The notes beneath the pieces were generated by a model that was given only the letters and a program-made list of their open reading frames with translations, did no database searches and was not told the DNA's origin. From assembly GCA_001779535.1 (NCBI GenBank), contig MFKJ01000010.1:1-36987 (forward strand): a DNA stretch of 36,987 bases. The letters run 5' to 3'. Positions 33,324 to 36,987 of this stretch are shown here, in pieces. The stretch is from Candidatus Jorgensenbacteria bacterium RIFCSPHIGHO2_02_FULL_45_20. GTDB lineage: Bacteria > Patescibacteriota > Minisyncoccia > UBA6257 > GWB1-50-10. How positions within the stretch are numbered: position 1 is the stretch's first letter; each line of letters starts with the position of its first letter. Position numbers and translations under genes: made by a program.

Positions 33324-34070
33324 TTACTCGTATTTTCCGGCAGCGTTTCTGTATCCGCAATATTCGCATCTCGGGGAAGCAGAAGGCAAAACATCGGTTT
33401 TAAGACACTCGGCGATTTCAAACAGTTTGCCCTCCACCCACGAATCGTTTCCTTTATACGACAACAACTGAACTTTAAATTCAAGTTTCCCGTCAAACGC
33501 TTCCTTGTCCTTGTCTCCGTTCGCGTAGACGAAATAGCCGGTGTCCGAAACCGCGAAGCCATTCCTGCGCAAAAGCCACTGGTAAATTTCCATCTGGCGC
33601 TTGTACGACCCTCTGTATTCAACGTCCAAAGTTATTTCCGCGTTCGTGGATGTGGCTTTGTAATCAACTACTATAAGCTCTCCCGCGGGATTAACCCAAA
33701 CATCATCAACGGCTCCAGTTACTATAAAATTGGTTTTCGGGTGATAATATTGCACGCCCTTAAAATTTTCGCGCCATTCGTTAATCATACCGTGATTAAA
33801 CGGAACGGCATCGAGTCCATACGCTTCCATAAGCGGATGTCTCGTGCCGCGCATTCTGTGAATATCGAATTCTTTTTTCAAAAGAGTATCAACCGCGGAA
33901 TTCAGAGTGAATGGAAATCCGGGCGGCCTGCCTACGCCGAATTTTCTATCGAGATAAAAACACCTCACGCATTCGGAGAACAACTCTATTTTCGAGCGGC
34001 TGACTCTGAACGGCTCCGGACTCTTGGAATCATATAAATTTCTGAAACGCTGTCCTATAATCGGCGTCAT
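33324..34070 (-). CDS. PD-(D/E)XK nuclease, Cas4/RecB-like, with Fe-S-type cysteines
   Basis: GAVDDV...IVVDYKAT (D...D-x-K) and YKRQMEIYQWLL (QxxxY). Cys cluster is ECVRC at the N-terminus and C-x12-C-x2-C at the C-terminus. Confidence 0.7.
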   Translation of the reverse strand: MTPIIGQRFRNLYDSKSPEPFRVSRSKIELFSECVRCFYLDRKFGVGRPPGFPFTLNSAVDTLLKKEFDIHRMRGTRHPLMEAYGLDAVPFNHGMINEWRENFKGVQYYHPKTNFIVTGAVDDVWVNPAGELIVVDYKATSTNAEITLDVEYRGSYKRQMEIYQWLLRRNGFAVSDTGYFVYANGDKDKEAFDGKLEFKVQLLSYKGNDSWVEGKLFEIAECLKTDVLPSASPRCEYCGYRNAAGKYE

Positions 34071-34996
34071 CGTTTTATTTCAGGCAAAGCCGGCGAAAGT
34101 GGCGGATAAAGGTCTTTATCTATTGTCTTGTCAAAACAAACTTCGCCGGAGTCATGTTCCCAAAAATCACCCCCTCCATACATCGGCTTCGAGACGCCGC
34201 CACTTGTTTCCGAACTTGGCAAAACAAAATTCGCGCACAAAGTAAACGAATTGTCTCCGGTTGTTTCATACGCGTATTCCTCGTTCGTTGAAGGGTCTTT
34301 AGGAACGGAAAATCCCCTGATTGAATCGCTCACATCCGAAAGTGAGTTAGGAAGCGTTTCTTTTCTCTGCCAATAATAAATTATTTCCGACTGGATGGTC
34401 TGAAGGTCGGATATTCTCCTTTCGTCCGACTTGCGAGCGCGTTCTTTCGCGGGGGAACCGACAAGTATAAATCCCGTAACTATCGAAGCAAGCGCGATCG
34501 CCGAAACAAAATATACTAACACTTTCATCGCGGGAGTAAATTCCGCGCTCTTAAGTTCCCATATATAATATCTGAACACCGCTCCGGCAGTGAAGAAAAC
34601 CGCAAGCACCTTGAATATAAATCTGGCGGTCAAGTCCCCTTCAAGGAAGTTATTCAACAGAGCGACAACATCGCCCAAAATCACAAGCGCGGCTATAAAC
34701 AGCGCGAAGTATAAAAGCCACTTCCTTATCGGAAGCGAGCGTTTTTCGGGATTCTCGGCGTATTCCTTGCGGAACGAACGCATCACAAAAACAAAAACCG
34801 GAAACGCGACCACAAGAAAAGAAATTCCCCATCGCACGCCGGAATACGCGCTCTGCGAAGAATAATACCCGTCAAGCGAATTCGGAAAAAATATGTTTAC
34901 GCACTGAAAAACTATCGTGAGAAAACTTATAGCGCTCGCTATAAGCGCTATGATGCCGACAAGATGCAAAAAAATATCCTTGGGTGATGTTTTCAT
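34067..34996 (-). CDS. Polytopic membrane protein with a C-terminal pilin-like globular domain (DUF5671-like, from memory)
   Basis: Six hydrophobic helices, then SDLQTIQSEIIYYWQRKETLPNSL...PKDPSTNEEYAYE...FTLCANF. Its stop overlaps the nuclease ATG (ATGA). Confidence 0.6.
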   Translation of the reverse strand: MKTSPKDIFLHLVGIIALIASAISFLTIVFQCVNIFFPNSLDGYYSSQSAYSGVRWGISFLVVAFPVFVFVMRSFRKEYAENPEKRSLPIRKWLLYFALFIAALVILGDVVALLNNFLEGDLTARFIFKVLAVFFTAGAVFRYYIWELKSAEFTPAMKVLVYFVSAIALASIVTGFILVGSPAKERARKSDERRISDLQTIQSEIIYYWQRKETLPNSLSDVSDSIRGFSVPKDPSTNEEYAYETTGDNSFTLCANFVLPSSETSGGVSKPMYGGGDFWEHDSGEVCFDKTIDKDLYPPLSPALPEIKR

Positions 34997-35003
34997 AAAT
35001 ATA

Positions 35004-35031
35004 ATTATACCGGAAAACCTCTCTTCCGCAA
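35004..35031 (-). promoter_or_regulatory. Promoter of the membrane protein/nuclease pair; the -10 lies 7 nt from the ATG
   Basis: Minus strand reads TTGCGG (35026-35031), N16, TATAAT (35004-35009), TATATTT, ATG (34996). Confidence 0.45.
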
Positions 35032-35036
35032 AATAT

Positions 35037-35081
35037 GTGTACGACGTCGTACGTCATACCATGACGTACGACGTCGTACAC
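35037..35081 (-). terminator. Perfect 21-bp-arm palindrome with a 3-nt loop, downstream of the SOD gene
   Basis: GTGTACGACGTCGTACGTCAT-acc-ATGACGTACGACGTCGTACAC. On the minus strand it is followed by ATATTTTG. Confidence 0.6.
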
Positions 35082-35099
35082 AGCAATCCTGTCTGCCAC

Positions 35100-35732
35100 T
35101 CACGCCTGATTCACTCCGCCGTGTCTTTTGTACAGGTTATGCTTTTCCACGAACGAGTCCACATAATCCCAATTAAGCGTCTTGAAGAAGGCCTCTACAT
35201 ACGCCTTCTTGTCCGTGCCATGGTCCATAAAAAAAGCGTGCTCGTACATATCCATCGCTATAATCGGTTCCGCGTCCCATATCGCGCCGACATTCTGCGC
35301 GTCCATTCCGTAATTATGCAGGCGGTTGTCCTTCCATTCGTACGCGAGCACCGCCCACCCGCGGGCCGACATCCCCGTGGCTGTAAAATCTTCCTTCCAC
35401 GCCTCGTACGAACCAAAATCCTTTTCAATCATCTCAAGAATCTTGCCTTTCGGTTTCCCATCTCCGCCCAAAAGCGGGAAATACGCTTCATGAAGTTTCA
35501 TCCCGTTCACCGCGAACGTCTCCTGTCTTTTGAGCTCCCCTATCTCGCTATAAACCGCGTTCGCCGCCGACTTGTCCGCTTCGTTTATCTTTTTCTGAAT
35601 CTCGTTCGTCTTTTTCACGTAGACATCGTAAAGCTTTTTGTGTTCCCTTACCGACTTCAAGCTTATTCCTTCCAAATCCCTATCGAGCTTGAGCGGCTCG
35701 ATTTCATACCCTTTGCTTATTTTATTCGACAT
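35100..35732 (-). CDS. Superoxide dismutase, Fe/Mn family (divergent)
   Basis: C-terminal DMYEHAFFMD (D-x-x-E-H ligand motif), GWAVLAY and LHEAYF. ATG at 35732 preferred over the TTG at 35780. Confidence 0.8.
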   Translation of the reverse strand: MSNKISKGYEIEPLKLDRDLEGISLKSVREHKKLYDVYVKKTNEIQKKINEADKSAANAVYSEIGELKRQETFAVNGMKLHEAYFPLLGGDGKPKGKILEMIEKDFGSYEAWKEDFTATGMSARGWAVLAYEWKDNRLHNYGMDAQNVGAIWDAEPIIAMDMYEHAFFMDHGTDKKAYVEAFFKTLNWDYVDSFVEKHNLYKRHGGVNQA

Positions 35733-35828
35733 ATATTTTTTATTTTTGACCTTTTTGCCGCGCCACAAAAAGCCCGGCAATCAGATACGCGGAATCAATT
35801 TTTAATTTAAAATGAATATCTGTTCTAC

Positions 35829-36416
35829 TCACTTACCCTTCCTCCCCATCTCTTCCACTACTTTGATTTGTTTCGCAAGCTTCTTCTCCTTCGCTTCTTT
35901 CATCCCTGTAAAAACGGACGCGCGCACGGGAGAAACGCCACAGAATTTGAGTATACCTTTTTTGACCGCTTTGAGTCCAGGAATTCCTAAAAACAAAAAC
36001 CAGTAATATGGGCGCGGAGCATCCATCGTCATTATGATTCGCGCGGAACGTCCGCTAAGAAGTTTTTCCTGAAACATACGTCCTTCGTGAAATTTGAATC
36101 CGAAGCCGGGTAAAATCGCTCTGTCAAAAAGCCCTATGAGTTTTGCCGGCGCGGAAGCCCACCATAGCGGGAAAACAAGAACGAAATGTTCCGCCCACTT
36201 CATATTCTCCTGAAAAGCGATAAGCGGCTGTTCAAGTTTCTGCACATCCTTATATCCGCGGCGCAGATTCGGTTCAAAATCCATTTTTTCAAGCGACATA
36301 AATCGCGTTTCGTGTCTGGCTTCAGCCGCTCTTTTTTCATACGCTCTCGCAAGGGCGCCGCAATAGCTTCCGTTGTCGGGATGCCCAAGAAGAATGAATA
36401 TTCTTTTTTTATCCAT
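35829..36416 (-). CDS. Flavodoxin-like fold NAD(P)H (quinone) oxidoreductase
   Basis: 195 aa. IFILLGHPDNGSYCGALARAYE and VLVFPLWWASAPAKL. Confidence 0.75.
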   Translation of the reverse strand: MDKKRIFILLGHPDNGSYCGALARAYEKRAAEARHETRFMSLEKMDFEPNLRRGYKDVQKLEQPLIAFQENMKWAEHFVLVFPLWWASAPAKLIGLFDRAILPGFGFKFHEGRMFQEKLLSGRSARIIMTMDAPRPYYWFLFLGIPGLKAVKKGILKFCGVSPVRASVFTGMKEAKEKKLAKQIKVVEEMGRKGK

Positions 36417-36429
36417 AAAACCGCACGGC

Positions 36430-36825
36430 CTACTCGGTCGTTACGCCATCAAACTCATCACTCGCATCCGCGAGCGCGGCGGCTTTGGTCGCGTGTATTT
36501 TGCCGTCTCTATGCTCCGGCGGAGAGTAAAGCGTGTAAAGCTTCATCGGTGAACCCGTTCCGTTCACAATGTTATGTTTCGTTCCGGCCGGGATAACCAC
36601 CGCGAATCCGTCTTCTATATTATGTTCAACGCCGTCTAAAATCGCTTTCCCGTTCCCGCTTTCAACTCTGACAAACTGGTCAAGCGTGTGCGTTTCTTCT
36701 CCGATATCATCGCCGGCGGCTAAACTCATCACGACAAGCTGGCTGTATTTCGCCGTGTAAAGCACCTTTCTGAAATTGCCGTTTTCCTGCGTTTCCTTTT
36801 CTATATTTCCCACGTATCCTTTCAT
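36430..36825 (-). CDS. Cupin-domain protein
   Basis: 131 aa. G-x5-H-x-H-like EETHTLDQ and VVIPAGTKHNIVN, the two cupin motifs. Confidence 0.75.
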   Translation of the reverse strand: MKGYVGNIEKETQENGNFRKVLYTAKYSQLVVMSLAAGDDIGEETHTLDQFVRVESGNGKAILDGVEHNIEDGFAVVIPAGTKHNIVNGTGSPMKLYTLYSPPEHRDGKIHATKAAALADASDEFDGVTTE

Positions 36826-36909
36826 AATTCTTTATATTTACCAATTTTATACGACTAACATAATTCTACATCATTTGATAAAAATACCCAATATTACGTT
36901 GTAGATAAT

Positions 36910-36956
36910 AAAAAAGGTTACCGAAACCCTCCCGAGTAGATACTAATTCGGTTACC
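36910..36956 (-). terminator. Hairpin plus U6 terminator of a minus-strand gene lying beyond the right edge
   Basis: GGTAACCGAA ... TTCGGTAACC pairs at 9 of 10 positions with a 21-nt loop. It is followed by TTTTTT on the minus strand. Confidence 0.5.
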
Positions 36957-36987
36957 GTGGTCGCATGACCATGGAAACCAAGAAAAA

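Noticed and set aside
33324-34070. Cas4 as a marker of a CRISPR-Cas or other defence island
   Set aside because: There are no adjacent cas, restriction, abortive-infection or toxin genes. Its neighbours are a permease and a membrane protein. It is kept only as a generic PD-(D/E)XK nuclease.
34917-35810. 297-aa + strand ORF, the longest + strand ORF in the window
   Set aside because: It lies antisense to the SOD gene, which shows the D-x-x-E-H metal-ligand motif. The ORF also runs through the 45-bp palindrome and a promoter. Its product is Arg/His-rich, which is typical of a reverse-frame artefact.

Overview
This 36,987-bp window comes from a compact bacterial genome. By inference it looks CPR/Patescibacteria-like: there is no L30 gene, several ribosomal proteins are reduced or extended, Shine-Dalgarno use is weak, and DUF4012- and DUF5671-type proteins are present. 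I support 45 CDS, and 44 of them are on the minus strand.

In transcription order (right to left):
- An oxidative-stress trio: cupin, flavodoxin-like NAD(P)H oxidoreductase and Fe/Mn-SOD.
- A pilin-like membrane protein translationally coupled to a Cas4/RecB-like PD-(D/E)XK nuclease.
- An AI-2E permease, then tgt.
- An orphan 569-aa cysteine-rich protein.
- tsaC.
- gpsA, a CcdA-family protein, a 175-aa hypothetical, a thioredoxin-like protein and glycerate kinase, then ppsA.
- An envelope-glycan cluster: sugar-P transferase, two GT4 glycosyltransferases and a DUF4012 protein.
- lepA-tuf, followed directly by the S10-spc ribosomal operon (rpsJ through rplO, secY, adk, map).
- One small plus-strand gene at the left edge.

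No rRNA, tRNA, CRISPR array or transposase is supported.

The most unusual signal is non-coding. Seven long intergenic spacers (about 180-390 bp) are built from a shared set of shuffled, AT-rich repeat modules. Several modules show a clear 7-nt periodicity, with heptads such as TTTAGGG, TTTAGGA, TCGAAAT, ATTGAAA and ATACTTT. They occur in both orientations. Some carry a small GC palindrome (TCCGCC-N5-GGCGGA) that is missing from paralogous copies.

Other points:
- A 569-aa protein flanked by two homologous double zinc-ribbon modules.
- An L3 with about 60 residues missing.
- A structured promoter/attenuator-like spacer between rpsJ and rplC.
- -10 boxes 5-8 nt upstream of many start codons, suggesting leaderless mRNAs.
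- Two GACGTC-rich perfect palindromes.

All family assignments come from reading motifs by eye. No database search was run.
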